Shown piece by piece: positions 12,512 to 22,515 of a stretch of DNA of 64,000 nucleotides. Under the pieces are notes generated by a model. It worked only from the letters and a program-made list of their open reading frames with translations, was not told the DNA's origin and did not search any database. The stretch lies in assembly GCA_963841015.1 (NCBI GenBank), contig CAWJAX010000002.1:64001-128000 (forward strand), in the 5' to 3' direction. Position 1 is the first letter of the stretch; every line of letters starts with the position of its first letter. This stretch comes from an uncultured Methanoregulaceae archaeon (lineage in GTDB: Archaea > Halobacteriota > Methanomicrobia > Methanomicrobiales > Methanospirillaceae). The translations under genes and the position numbers were made by a program.

Positions 12512-14266
12512 ATGTGGCTCCTCTGGAAGTATTTAAAGCCGCAAAAATGGCTGATACTTGTCGCGCTCGTGTTAGCGGGTATCAGTCAGCTGCTGAACCT
12601 CGTCGATCCGGTTATTTTTGGAAAGATCATCGATGATTATGCCTTAAATCCAGATAACCTCCCGGAAAATGCACTGGTCGCGGGGGTGCTTTTCTGGCTG
12701 GGAGTGGCCGTCGCGGTCGCGGTGCTCGCCCGTCTTGCCAAAACGTTCCAGGATTATTTCGCACGACTGGCAGTACAGAAGTTCGGGATGCAGATATTCA
12801 ACGATGGACTGAAGCAGACGCTTCGCCTGTCTTATGACGAGTTCGAGGACCAGCGGAGCGGCGAGACGTTATCGGTATTGCAGAAAGTACGGTCGGATAC
12901 CCAGAGCTTCATCAATTCATTTATCAATATCCTCTTCTCCGCTTTCGTGGGAATTTGTTTTCTCATCGCGTATTCCATCACAAAGAACTGGCTGCTGGTA
13001 CCTGTTTTTATCATTGGTATTCTCGTACTGGGATCGCTCACCGGGTTGCTGAGTAAAAAGATCAAGACTACGCAGAGAGCGATCAACCGCGAAACGAATG
13101 AGATGTCGGGGGTGATCACCGAATCCCTCCGGAACATCGAGCTCGTGAAAAGTCTTGGCCTGACCTACCCTGAAATCCGGAGATTACAGGAACAGAATTT
13201 AAAGATCTTCAATTTGGAGATGACGAAAGTAAAACGGGTCCGTCTCCTGACGTTTTTCCAGGGAACGACCTTAAGCATCCTGAAGCAGTCGATATTGTTC
13301 ATCCTCCTCTGGTTAATCTTCCGGAACGTCCTTACCACGGGGGAACTGGTATCAATGCAGTTTATCACCGCTATCATCTTTGTTCCTTTGCAGGACCTTG
13401 GCACCATAATCGTGAGTTACCGCGAGGTTGAAGCTTCCGTGAGTAATTTTCACCAGCTGATGCAGAAGCCGGTTGAAGAAAGACCGGAAAACCCGATCGA
13501 GATCGACGAACTGAACGATATCCGTTTTGAGGAGGTCGTTTTCCATCACAAGACTTCTCATTATAACGCTATCGATGGAATTTCTTTCCATGTGAAGACA
13601 GGTGAGACGATCGCGTTTGTCGGTCCTTCCGGTGCAGGCAAGTCAACGCTCATGAAGCTCCTCGCGGGGTTATACCGGCCTGACCGCGGGGAGATATATT
13701 TTAACGGTCAGCCCTCTTCACTGATCAGGTATAACCCGTTACGCAGACAGATAGGTCTGGTAACGCAGGACCCCCAGCTGTTCTCGGGTACCATAAAGGA
13801 GAACCTCCTGTTCGTGATGCCGGATGCAACCGACGGGCAGATGATGGATGCATTGCACAAGGCTGCGTGTGATGATATATTGAGTCGTTCTACGCTTGGT
13901 TTTGACGCGCTTATCGGCGAGGGCGGTATGATGTTGTCAGGTGGTGAGAAGCAGCGTATTTCAATTGCAAGGGCTTTATTGCGTCATCCCCGCCTGTTGA
14001 TCTTTGATGAGGCGACTTCGGCACTCGACTCACTCACCGAAGAGGATATCACGAATACCATCAGGGATATTTCCACGAGCAAGGACCAGATCTCTCTTTT
14101 GATAGCTCATCGTCTGTCTACCATACTGCACGCAGATGTGATCTATGTAATGGAGGCGGGAAAGATCGTTGAGACCGGGTCTCACGAGAGTCTTATTGAC
14201 CAGAAGGGTTTATATTACGCAATGTGGCGTCAGCAGATTGGTGAACGCAGAAATGTCGCGGGTTGA
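12512..14266 (+). CDS. ABC exporter, fused permease/ATPase (MsbA/NdvA-type architecture)
   Basis: ~6 TM helices, Walker A GPSGAGKS, LSGGEKQR, FDEATSALD, IAHRLST. Confidence 0.92.
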   Translation: MWLLWKYLKPQKWLILVALVLAGISQLLNLVDPVIFGKIIDDYALNPDNLPENALVAGVLFWLGVAVAVAVLARLAKTFQDYFARLAVQKFGMQIFNDGLKQTLRLSYDEFEDQRSGETLSVLQKVRSDTQSFINSFINILFSAFVGICFLIAYSITKNWLLVPVFIIGILVLGSLTGLLSKKIKTTQRAINRETNEMSGVITESLRNIELVKSLGLTYPEIRRLQEQNLKIFNLEMTKVKRVRLLTFFQGTTLSILKQSILFILLWLIFRNVLTTGELVSMQFITAIIFVPLQDLGTIIVSYREVEASVSNFHQLMQKPVEERPENPIEIDELNDIRFEEVVFHHKTSHYNAIDGISFHVKTGETIAFVGPSGAGKSTLMKLLAGLYRPDRGEIYFNGQPSSLIRYNPLRRQIGLVTQDPQLFSGTIKENLLFVMPDATDGQMMDALHKAACDDILSRSTLGFDALIGEGGMMLSGGEKQRISIARALLRHPRLLIFDEATSALDSLTEEDITNTIRDISTSKDQISLLIAHRLSTILHADVIYVMEAGKIVETGSHESLIDQKGLYYAMWRQQIGERRNVAG

Positions 14267-14474
14267 GGGTGTTTTGTCCAGACGGAGGGCACCCCAAGGA
14301 TATTGAGTTGACTCAAGTTTTCACCCAGATACCCCGTTAAATCCCCCACAAGATGCACTGATCTGGAAATGGATGACAACCATATGGTAGAGTTGGGAGA
14401 CAGGTAATGAGTGGGTCCGGCAATCGATTGATGCTCTACTAAAATCTTATAAAAAAATCAATTTCATTATCTTT

Positions 14475-14927
14475 TCAAATTTTTCTGATTTTTCGTGCAG
14501 TCAGGATAAGATCCTTAATCTCCGGTGGCAGGTGTTCATCCTGCCACCTTCTTTCTGCATCAGTTGACTGACCTGCATGGTTCACGGCTTTCAAAGCATA
14601 CCACGCTGCTCCCAATGCATGGTCAGCCATATGAGCAGTTGCAACAGCCTGTCCAACGGAACGGGCCACTGTCCTGGCAGTCGGGTCTGAAGATTCTCGT
14701 GCTGCAGCATGTGCAGCTACTGATGCTTTCATCGCATCACCAACGGAAGCATTTCCTGATTTCCACTCATGAGCCACATGGAGGGCATGTATGAGGCGTT
14801 CATCAAGGGTTTCCCCGAAGAGATGCACTACATGCTCTGCACAATTGCACGCCCAGGTAATTATCTGATAGTGCTGTTCCTTTTTCAGCGGTCCACCCCG
14901 GTGTTCTGCAATAAACCGTTTGTCTCG
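14475..14927 (-). CDS. Imm-5-like putative immunity protein
   Basis: MRDKRFIAEHRGG..WA..CAEHV..AHAAARE..ARSVGQAVATAHMADHA matches the Ala-rich Imm-5-like pattern. Confidence 0.7.
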   Translation of the reverse strand, partial: RDKRFIAEHRGGPLKKEQHYQIITWACNCAEHVVHLFGETLDERLIHALHVAHEWKSGNASVGDAMKASVAAHAAARESSDPTARTVARSVGQAVATAHMADHALGAAWYALKAVNHAGQSTDAERRWQDEHLPPEIKDLILTARKIRKI

Positions 14928-14984
14928 CATGTGTGCATTTCTCCGCAATGGTTCATTCTGTTATGTCGTTTTTGCCGGTGTTTC

Positions 14985-15280
14985 CAGAGGAGAACATATT
15001 CGGGAGCCTGAGCTGCCTCTGCAGGTCTTCTTGTATGGCTTTTTCCAGTCCGCGATCACGGAGGGATCAAAATGGGATGTGTCCCCCTTCTTTGCAATCG
15101 AGACGTGATCCTTTTCTGCCAGCAGGATGGCAAAAAATTTTCTTTGCTTCACCAGCCTCACATTCTTTTTCGCTCTCTCAAGACCCATCCAGCGGATAAT
15201 AACGGATTCATCAGTAATGCGGGAAGGATGGGTCATTGCAAGCAGAAGATCTCATCCGGAATGTAATAAACCCGGTGGCC
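14985..15280 (-). pseudogene. truncated, frameshifted second DUF61 copy (5' part plus upstream region)
   Basis: MTHPSRITDESVIIRWMGLE..KKGDTSHFDPSVIA aligns with 919-1353. Upstream DNA is also homologous (gaatgtaataaacccggtggccg vs gaatataataaagccggcggccg). Homology ends after about 85 codons. Confidence 0.85.
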
Positions 15281-15459
15281 GTGGCGTACTGGGGATACCA
15301 TATACATGGTTCCGGAGACCTGCGGGTTCTGGGTGACGGGATTTTATATTATGGGATGAGAAAGTACCATTTGACTGAATTACCGTTCGTTCAGGAATTG
15401 TATATATCCCTATGACACCTTATCTTTCATTCACCGATTATTGGGGAGGGTTGAGCTGA

Positions 15460-17055
15460 ATGGATACCGTGCCGGTGATTTGGGGCGTCCTGAGAATAAT
15501 TTTGGGTTTTCTCTTACTGGTCGGTATTCCCGGCTTTGCCATATCGCTGGTCTTATTCCCCCGTTTAACCGATTTGAGTGTTCTCGATCGGCTGGTATAT
15601 GCCGCGGTGCTGGGTATCACCTCAGCTATCGCTTTTGTAGTGTTCATAGATCTTTTGCCCGGGCTCGAACTTTCGCTTGAAAACCTTACTATCATTGCCA
15701 GTGTTTTTTCAGCTGGTGCGCTCATTGTCTGGTTGTGTGAGCGGTGGTACCTGAACAGACGGTTGATACCTCATGCTGAACAACAGAGCCCTGAAGATTC
15801 ACCGGACCATCAGAGATATTATTCCCGGGAAATAAACGCCGCAAAGGACCAGTTCCGCCAGGATACCCGGACCGTTGTCGTCTACCATGAAAGCGAGCGA
15901 TTATCCGGCATGAACTTCATCAGCCATTCCTTTCTCCTGGATGTCGGAGAAGAGATTGATATCCAGCAGGTTGTGGAAAACAAGGGGAAAGGCACTGAAA
16001 GTTTTCCTGATTCTCCTTATCCAAAAACACGGTATTTTGAACTGATCCTACTCGAGCATGACGAGAGCCCGTTCTCACTGGTCGATGATCTGCAGATCTA
16101 TCCGGTTCACGTCACCACGAAATCTGACTCAAAATCCTCCGGCACGACCCTGCAACGTGACTCTCTCCTTATCACTGAAAGAATCTATTCAAAGACCAGT
16201 ACCGAGGAGGTCCAGTGGATCTACAGCCATGATTTCCACATTCTTGCATTCCTCCATGCAGAGGATACTCTTGCCCGGATGGTTGATCGGGTCCTGGGAA
16301 TACTTGACGAAATAGTCATTGCAGCAAAAAGCGGTGTTCGTTTCACTCCATCTTCTGAAGACCGGCAGAGGTTAAGAGCCCCATTCGATGCGGTCAGTGA
16401 AGAGCCTCGTGGTACTGCGGTTAAAACACCGGAGATTTCTCCTCGCCTGGATGTGCCGCCTGTTGTTCCCCATGATAAATCCCGGCGTCCGGTAATCCTG
16501 CCGGGCGGCAAGGACGAGGAGACCCTTGGAGACAGGCAAGGCGAGATCTGGGTTGCAACAACGGGATTGCCCAAACGCCCGGCAATCCAGACCCGTGGTG
16601 AACCAAAAGAGACCCCCGGGCGCCAGGAATTTCAGTCCGGGGTTCTTTCCCGAACGATACCTGAACCTCCGGTAATCCAGCCTGGTGAAGGACAAGAAAA
16701 TATCCGGAAAATCCCGGATATGCAGCCCCACGTTCTGCCGGTAGATGGAAAGGAACCCCCGGTACCGCAGACCGTTGTTAAACAAGAAACAACTCCGATG
16801 CGCCCGGAAGGGCAACCCCGCATTCTGTCAAAAAAGAACATGTCCCCCGTGGAAAACAAGATCGAGGTTGCATCTATCAGGAAATTACAAAAGAATATCC
16901 TGCGGGATCTGAACATGTATGATTTAAATCCGGATTCGTTCAAGAGATCCCAGAAGATCATTGATAAAATCCAGATTCCCAAAAAGGCCGACGTGAACAA
17001 AAAATTATCTGATTCTGAAGAAGAAATGCTGGATCTGAACTGGCTCTATGAATAG
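15460..17055 (+). CDS. membrane protein: DUF1616-like N-terminal TM region, globular middle, Pro-rich tail
   Basis: 531-aa ORF; IPGFAISLVLFPR..DLSVLDRL..LGITS resembles the DUF1616 N-terminus. Confidence 0.65.
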   Translation: MDTVPVIWGVLRIILGFLLLVGIPGFAISLVLFPRLTDLSVLDRLVYAAVLGITSAIAFVVFIDLLPGLELSLENLTIIASVFSAGALIVWLCERWYLNRRLIPHAEQQSPEDSPDHQRYYSREINAAKDQFRQDTRTVVVYHESERLSGMNFISHSFLLDVGEEIDIQQVVENKGKGTESFPDSPYPKTRYFELILLEHDESPFSLVDDLQIYPVHVTTKSDSKSSGTTLQRDSLLITERIYSKTSTEEVQWIYSHDFHILAFLHAEDTLARMVDRVLGILDEIVIAAKSGVRFTPSSEDRQRLRAPFDAVSEEPRGTAVKTPEISPRLDVPPVVPHDKSRRPVILPGGKDEETLGDRQGEIWVATTGLPKRPAIQTRGEPKETPGRQEFQSGVLSRTIPEPPVIQPGEGQENIRKIPDMQPHVLPVDGKEPPVPQTVVKQETTPMRPEGQPRILSKKNMSPVENKIEVASIRKLQKNILRDLNMYDLNPDSFKRSQKIIDKIQIPKKADVNKKLSDSEEEMLDLNWLYE

Positions 17056-17132
17056 CTTTTTGCCAGTAAAAACAAATCCGGGCTAGTGCAGCTGCATCCC
17101 CCGAACATCCCCTCCGTCCAAGTGTACATTTT

Positions 17133-17363
17133 TTAATGTTCAATAAACTGATTCGTTGATGCCAGATACAACCCGAGATAGACGCATTCTTTTTTTGTAA
17201 AGGTTGGTTCATCCGCGATTAAATCAATCAGTTGTAATGTGGTCATATACGGACCAAAACCGGAAGTGTCCACTAACTCAGACAGACGACTTATCAGTTC
17301 CTTGTGGCGTCTGACATTAATGCCAATCTTCTCAATTGTCCTCCCATCATCTTCATTTTCCAT
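17133..17363 (-). CDS. small hypothetical protein
   Basis: 76-aa ATG ORF with protein-like composition and AT-rich upstream region. Confidence 0.5.
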   Translation of the reverse strand: MENEDDGRTIEKIGINVRRHKELISRLSELVDTSGFGPYMTTLQLIDLIADEPTFTKKECVYLGLYLASTNQFIEH

Positions 17364-17772
17364 GCTAAATCACAAGCGCACTGTGACATCTCTATTCAAA
17401 TGATAAAAGAGTATTGAATTCATACTTTTTTAAAAAAACAATTCCAATCAGAGCTAAAAAACATTTGTCAAAAAATGAAACACGAATTCTGTAATGAATT
17501 GGATTCCTTTCATTTTTCACGTCTTCAATCATTTTTTATTAAGTAGTTAAATTGGGACTATAGCCTAAGCAAAAAATATAATACCGAAAAATTCCCGCGA
17601 TATCGATAAAAGACCGTACACCAGGAGACTGGTAAAAAACAGGGATACCACACACTATTTATTTTTAAAACGAATATTCCCTGTTATGGCATTAATGCCC
17701 ATAGTACATCGAACACAGATAAATCTGACAAAAAGTGAATTCCAGGCAGGGAAAAACCTGAAAAAAGTCTTA

Positions 17773-17900
17773 GCTGCCGGTGAAGGAAGAGCACAGAGAA
17801 ATCTTCAGAAATTACTGCACCGCAGACAAAAAAATCCCGGGAGAAATCCTGAAAAAAAAGGGGTGCGTGGTTTTTTTATATAGAAGAAAAAATACGGATT
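17773..17900 (+). repeat. dispersed intergenic repeat, copy 2
   Basis: First ~40 nt identical to copy 1 at 1445. Confidence 0.85.
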
Positions 17901-18027
17901 TAATCCTGCATGGAAGAACCCGGGAAAATGAGAGGGAAAATGAGAGGGAAAATTCACTCATTTTTTTAATTCTTTCCGGGCTTTTTCCAGCTGCTTAAGG
18001 CTTCCTTACGGTATTTCCTGCTACTTC

Positions 18028-18195
18028 TTAAATATTACAATTTTCGATGGTGTACCAGCTGTATTCACAGTGCCCGCAGACATAGGTGGCCGTTTCCTTC
18101 CGGTAGTGCACATCTGTATGACCGCATAACGGACAGGGAATACCGTGATCCGTCCTTCCTGTGTTTTTGGTTCGTCCTATGGCGCACCTGTACAA
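18028..18195 (-). CDS. small zinc-ribbon protein (CPLCG...CGHC)
   Basis: Manual translation IGRTKNTGRTDHGIPCPLCGHTDVHYRKETATYVCGHCEYSWYTIENCNI*. Start is either TTG 18195 or ATA 18180 after an aggtg RBS-like motif. Confidence 0.55.
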   Translation of the reverse strand: MYRCAIGRTKNTGRTDHGIPCPLCGHTDVHYRKETATYVCGHCEYSWYTIENCNI

Positions 18196-18236
18196 GATAC
18201 TAGTGAAGCTTACTAAAAAAAAGATTCTAAGGGTTC

Positions 18237-18400
18237 TTACTGCTTTGCCAGATTGGATTCAAAAGCATCGAGATGATTCAGGGAGCCCTGCAACAGGTTA
18301 CTGGACACATTCCTGATATCATTGTGGCTGTAGCGATGCCTTCGTTAAGGTCATCGATATCTGTCTCTTCTATGATGACCCCCACTTTGAATGCTTCGAC
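18237..18400 (-). pseudogene. DUF2202 (ferritin-like) C-terminal fragment
   Basis: EAFKVGVIIEETDIDDL...NLLQGSLNHLDAFESNLAKQ* read across small indels; no N-terminal part. Confidence 0.65.
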
Positions 18401-18689
18401 CTTTGAAATACTCCCCTGCCGGATTCATCATACCTTTTTATTTTCACCCCTGTTACAAAACAAAAAAATCACGAAATCTCTTTCTCCCCAATACGACAGG
18501 TCGTCCAAAACGCGAATATGAAGGTTGTTTTTCCGGGGTAAGGGTAAAAAAAGGGAAATCGGGCTTTAGAGAGAGCCTCAATGACAACCAGAACATGCAA
18601 CAAAATTGCCCGTAAGAGATTATTGCGGATCAACTTGGTTAAAAAAGGATGGGACTATGTCCATCTATGAATTTTACGTTACCTTGAAC

Positions 18690-18936
18690 TCAGACGTTGC
18701 GGCCAGACTTGTGCGGGCCCGGGCTTTGATAATCATTCGGAGTGCAGTCGGGATTTGGACAAACACCACTTACCGTCTGCTGGTCCGCATTTTTGGTACC
18801 CTGCCAGTTATAGTCTTTCGGTTCGCAGTCAGAATTTGGACAGTCTGGATTTGGACAGACCGCAGCACTCACGGGGAGTGCGATAAAAGCTGAGGAGCAT
18901 CAGAACCGCTCCGGCCATTAATAATTTCTTTACCAT
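18690..18936 (-). CDS. small secreted Cys-rich protein with duplicated VCPNPDC motif (one frameshift)
   Basis: ATG 18936 MVKKLLMAGAVLMLLS/FIALPVSA signal peptide joins ORF 18690-18872 if one T is removed. Confidence 0.65.
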
Positions 18937-19244
18937 AGATATTCTCTCCTGATTGATGCCGGGAATCCCCGTGCATACTCTTTGATATAACAGGTCTTGT
19001 ATAAACCAATTTATGATAGCAACAGCTACACATTCTATCCAGTTCGTTATACCGTTTTATTAAAAATCTGCTCTGTTGAAATCCGAATTTACATCAGCTG
19101 ATGGAAATGGTATTCTCCGCCTTGGAATGAAGATTCGGTGAAACCCTCAAAGCTCGGAAGTACCATAACCCCGTATGGGGGAGATGATGTGTAACTGCCG
19201 CTATGAGATTGTATATATGGAGCTTTTCTGCATAGGGTACCAGG

Positions 19245-20673
19245 ATGAACAGGCAATCCAGCCGGGTATTTCTGATCCTTTTGCTGGTCATTGTTGTTGC
19301 TTGCGTTCCAGCACAGGCTGTCCGTGGAGGTCAATCCACACCATCATCCATGGGGAACGCCCATGGCACCCAGGTTAACGTCTCTCCGGTGGTGTCTGCA
19401 GCTGCATCGACAGAATCTGCGGGGAAAGTACCGGCAACGGATACCGGCCGCATTGTCTCGTTGTCGTCCCTTGTTCAGGATGGACCCGAGGTGAAGACAT
19501 CCGATACTACCGGCCGCCCATCTGCGACCGACAAAAGTACGCAAGCTGGGCCCGCTTCCTCATCAGGTCCGTCCAGTGATTCTTCTGGTCGATCGGATGT
19601 CAGCAATAACGGACGTTCTGATGCAGCAGGAGGAGCGCAATCTCCTCGACAAGCCGCAGGGGAAAACGCAGCCGGAATGCCCGATACAGCGCGAAGTATG
19701 GGATCTCTTCAGGGAACCGAACGGGAGGATATCAGCCGGCATTCCTGATAATCAAGGACAATCCAGAGAATCGGGGAAAATGGCTGGAATGATGGTATTA
19801 CCCGGCGGAGTAGCTGTCGCCCGGTCTGTGTCCGGGAACGAGAACAGCAATGCCCCTGTACCAAATGCCAATCACGGATCATTCCCGTATCGGCACCATC
19901 ACGGTCCTCCCGCACAATCCGGTAGTTATCCCTGCGGTCCTGCACAGGCAAGCCCGCTCCCTCAGGCGCCAGGCCAGACCCGTGACGAGTCCAAAGAGGA
20001 GACTCCTTCGCGGCAACGGTCCAAACGGATTGGGTTCCTGTCATGGATACTGGATCCCATCGTTCCCGACGCTGCATCATCTTCTTTCCCTCTGCAGTCG
20101 CTCTTTCCCCTCAACATGCTGGTATTCGGGGGTTTCCGCCGAATTTCAAAGAAGAATGTGCTGGAGCATGGTGCACGAAATGTCATATATCAGGCAATTA
20201 CCGCAACACCCGGTATCGATGTGAAGACGCTTACCGGCATGACCGGTATCAATGAGAATACCCTGCGGTATCACCTCGACAGGCTGGTTGCAACCGGAAA
20301 AATCAGCTGCTTTACCCGTCCGGGTGTCGTGCGGTACTTCCAGAACCAGGGAGCATACAATCAGTTTGAGCACAGGGTGTTCCACTATCTCTGGACCGAT
20401 ACTCCCCGGGGGATCCTCTGGCTGCTTTTCCAGCACCCGGGACTGACCCGCCAGCATATTGCCGATGCTCTTATGATCGCCGGCCCTTCGGTCACGCGTC
20501 AGATGGACAACCTGACAGGCGACGGGATAGTGGAGAACCGGTTCCCCGGCAGGTCAAACCACTATTACCTGACCCAAGAAGCTGCCCTGACAATCGAGAA
20601 GGTGATGAGCAAGGCTCCGGTCATGATGCACAAAGAGACTGTTGTTATGCCAATATCAGCATCAGCGGGATGA
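19245..20673 (+). CDS. signal peptide + low-complexity region + C-terminal double winged-helix regulator (probably one frameshifted gene)
   Basis: ORF 19245-19748 starts with a signal peptide. Overlapping ORF 19576-20673 ends in NVLEH.ARN.IY..I...PG....TLRYHL..L and ...HPGLTRQHIA..L. Confidence 0.75.
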
Positions 20674-20936
20674 GTTGCTCATCGCTTTTTAGATCTCCTC
20701 ATTTGTTTTTTGTTTCTCTGCTGGTAAAATCCAGGGAGGATGATTTCCGGTGTTCATAATGCCCGTACCAGGTATGGTTCAGGATGAGTCGTTACCCTTC
20801 GGAGGGGATGGTCATTCCCCCATTCCCGCATGGGCGGATATGTAGCTTACTGTTCGAGAAAAGGCTTGATAATCCCTGCTGATGGTTTGATGGAAACGGG
20901 TGAACAAAGGACCAGTCGTCCCCCACCCGCCAGGAA

Positions 20937-21558
20937 TTGAGAACAATGTTCAAGAAAATAGCACTGTGCGCAATGCTTGTTCTTATCCTTGCACCGGCTT
21001 CTGTCATGGCAGCCGGGCAGCAGGGGCAGGCACAAGGCATTGGCAACGAAGCAGGCAACTGCCTGAATGTACAGCATCAGATTACCGGTGACACTACGGC
21101 CCAGGAAAAATCCCGGAATGGCCAGGGCCAGGGGGCTGGAAGCGCATCGCAGAATGGCGATGTTCGGATGCTGCAGACCCGTTCCGGCGACCATGCCGGT
21201 GAACAGGATCAGTCCATGGCAAAGAACATGACCCGGGACCAGATCCGGCTGAACGCTGATTCAGGTCCTCGCTGGTGAAAGCCAGGGAACAGGATCAAGC
21301 GGCGATGCCCGGATGCTCCAGACCCGTTCCGGCGACCATGCCGGTGAACAGGATCAATCCATGGCAAAGAACATGACCCGGGACCAGATCCGGCTGGGTT
21401 CCGATTCCGCCCAACAGCAGAATGGATCAGCTGAATCGGTACAAAACCGGTCCGGTTCCACAAGGGCAAATGGTCAGAATATCTTTGCCAGTTTCGCTGA
21501 CCAGCTGGGGGCCCAGTTCCGGAATGCAGGCGGAATGTTTCGCACACTGGGACAGTGA
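20937..21558 (+). CDS. secreted Gln/Gly-rich protein with internal duplication (one frameshift)
   Basis: MFKKIALCAMLVLILAPASVMAA signal peptide; RMLQTRSGDHAGEQDQSMAKNMTRDQIRL occurs twice. Confidence 0.7.
21165..21396 (+). repeat. 87-bp near-identical direct repeat (21165-21251, 21310-21396)
   Basis: Direct comparison shows 2 mismatches; spacing is 145 bp (144 expected in frame). Confidence 0.9.
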
Positions 21559-22244
21559 ACCTTTCCCAGCTGTATCTTTTTTCCCGTCACCGGATATCTC
21601 CAAACCCCCTTCCCCACAGAACCTGAATAGTATCTTTATCGATGACACACATCTTTGGCCTGCTGTGGAGGTCTTTCAGGAACTCCGCCCCCAGGAGCAC
21701 CACGCATGAAAAAATGATGCAGGTATCACGGGGCAGGGGAAGCTTATCACAGTTGAAGGGGTGTATTAATAATGAGAGTTCTTTGGACAATTTTTTTAAA
21801 AACACACACAGTCCACTGTGAAAAATCGCAAAAATGATAGGAGTGACGCTTCGCTACAAGTGGATCATTTGGGCGATGTTCGTGGGTCTCGGTCTGGAGC
21901 CCGTCCTCCCATCAGGGAGGCATCATGCGTCGCTCCCTCCCACCCTTTATCGGATGGTGAGCGAAATGGGGGGGTCGTTCTCCCTCAACAATGCCTCTGG
22001 CGGGCTCATCGAAGCTTTCTGGATCTCGATTCATGCGTTCTGCAGGCAAACACTGGCTGCTGCATAGGCGGGCGAAGCCCGCCAATTTGACTTGACATCT
22101 ATGTCCTGAAATACCGTTCAAAACGTATAGATATCACGTGGGCAGGTTTCCTGGATCGAGCTCCCTGGCCGAATACAAAAACATTACAATCCGTTGTGTA
22201 TTATTAAAAAAAAACTTTCACGATACAATAAAAGTTTTCAATTT

Positions 22245-22515
22245 TCAATCGTGCAATCGCTTGTACTTCTTATGAGCCCGCTCGATAGTATCCACATCCA
22301 CGATCCGGACACAATCCTTGAGCACAATAAAAAATGCTGTGTAGGAATGGGCGATATGCATGCGGCAGACACCATCGCGGATATATTCGACATCTCGTGC
22401 AGTAAGAGGATCTTCGAGCTGGACCAGGTGCTCCTTGATGATCCGGCGATCTTTTTCCGGCAGGTCGTTAACGTACTCCAGCACGTGCCGCTCGATTTCG
22501 AGGTGCAGACCGCTT
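22245..22515 (-). CDS. RelE/ParE-like toxin (start uncertain)
   Basis: LEIERHVLEYVNDLPEKDRRII..L..LEDP...RMHIAHSYTAFF; overlaps the upstream small gene. Confidence 0.55.

Noticed and set aside
17686-17998. Short ORFs over repeat copy 2 and the 12-bp tandem gggaaaatgaga
   Set aside because: The frame is not preserved in the other repeat copies; low-complexity intergenic DNA.
22067-22083. Hairpin ggcgggc-gaa-gcccgcc as an IS200/IS605 end or terminator
   Set aside because: Single short hairpin, no tnpA/tnpB, no clear U-tract, and the upstream 77-aa ORF is unsupported.
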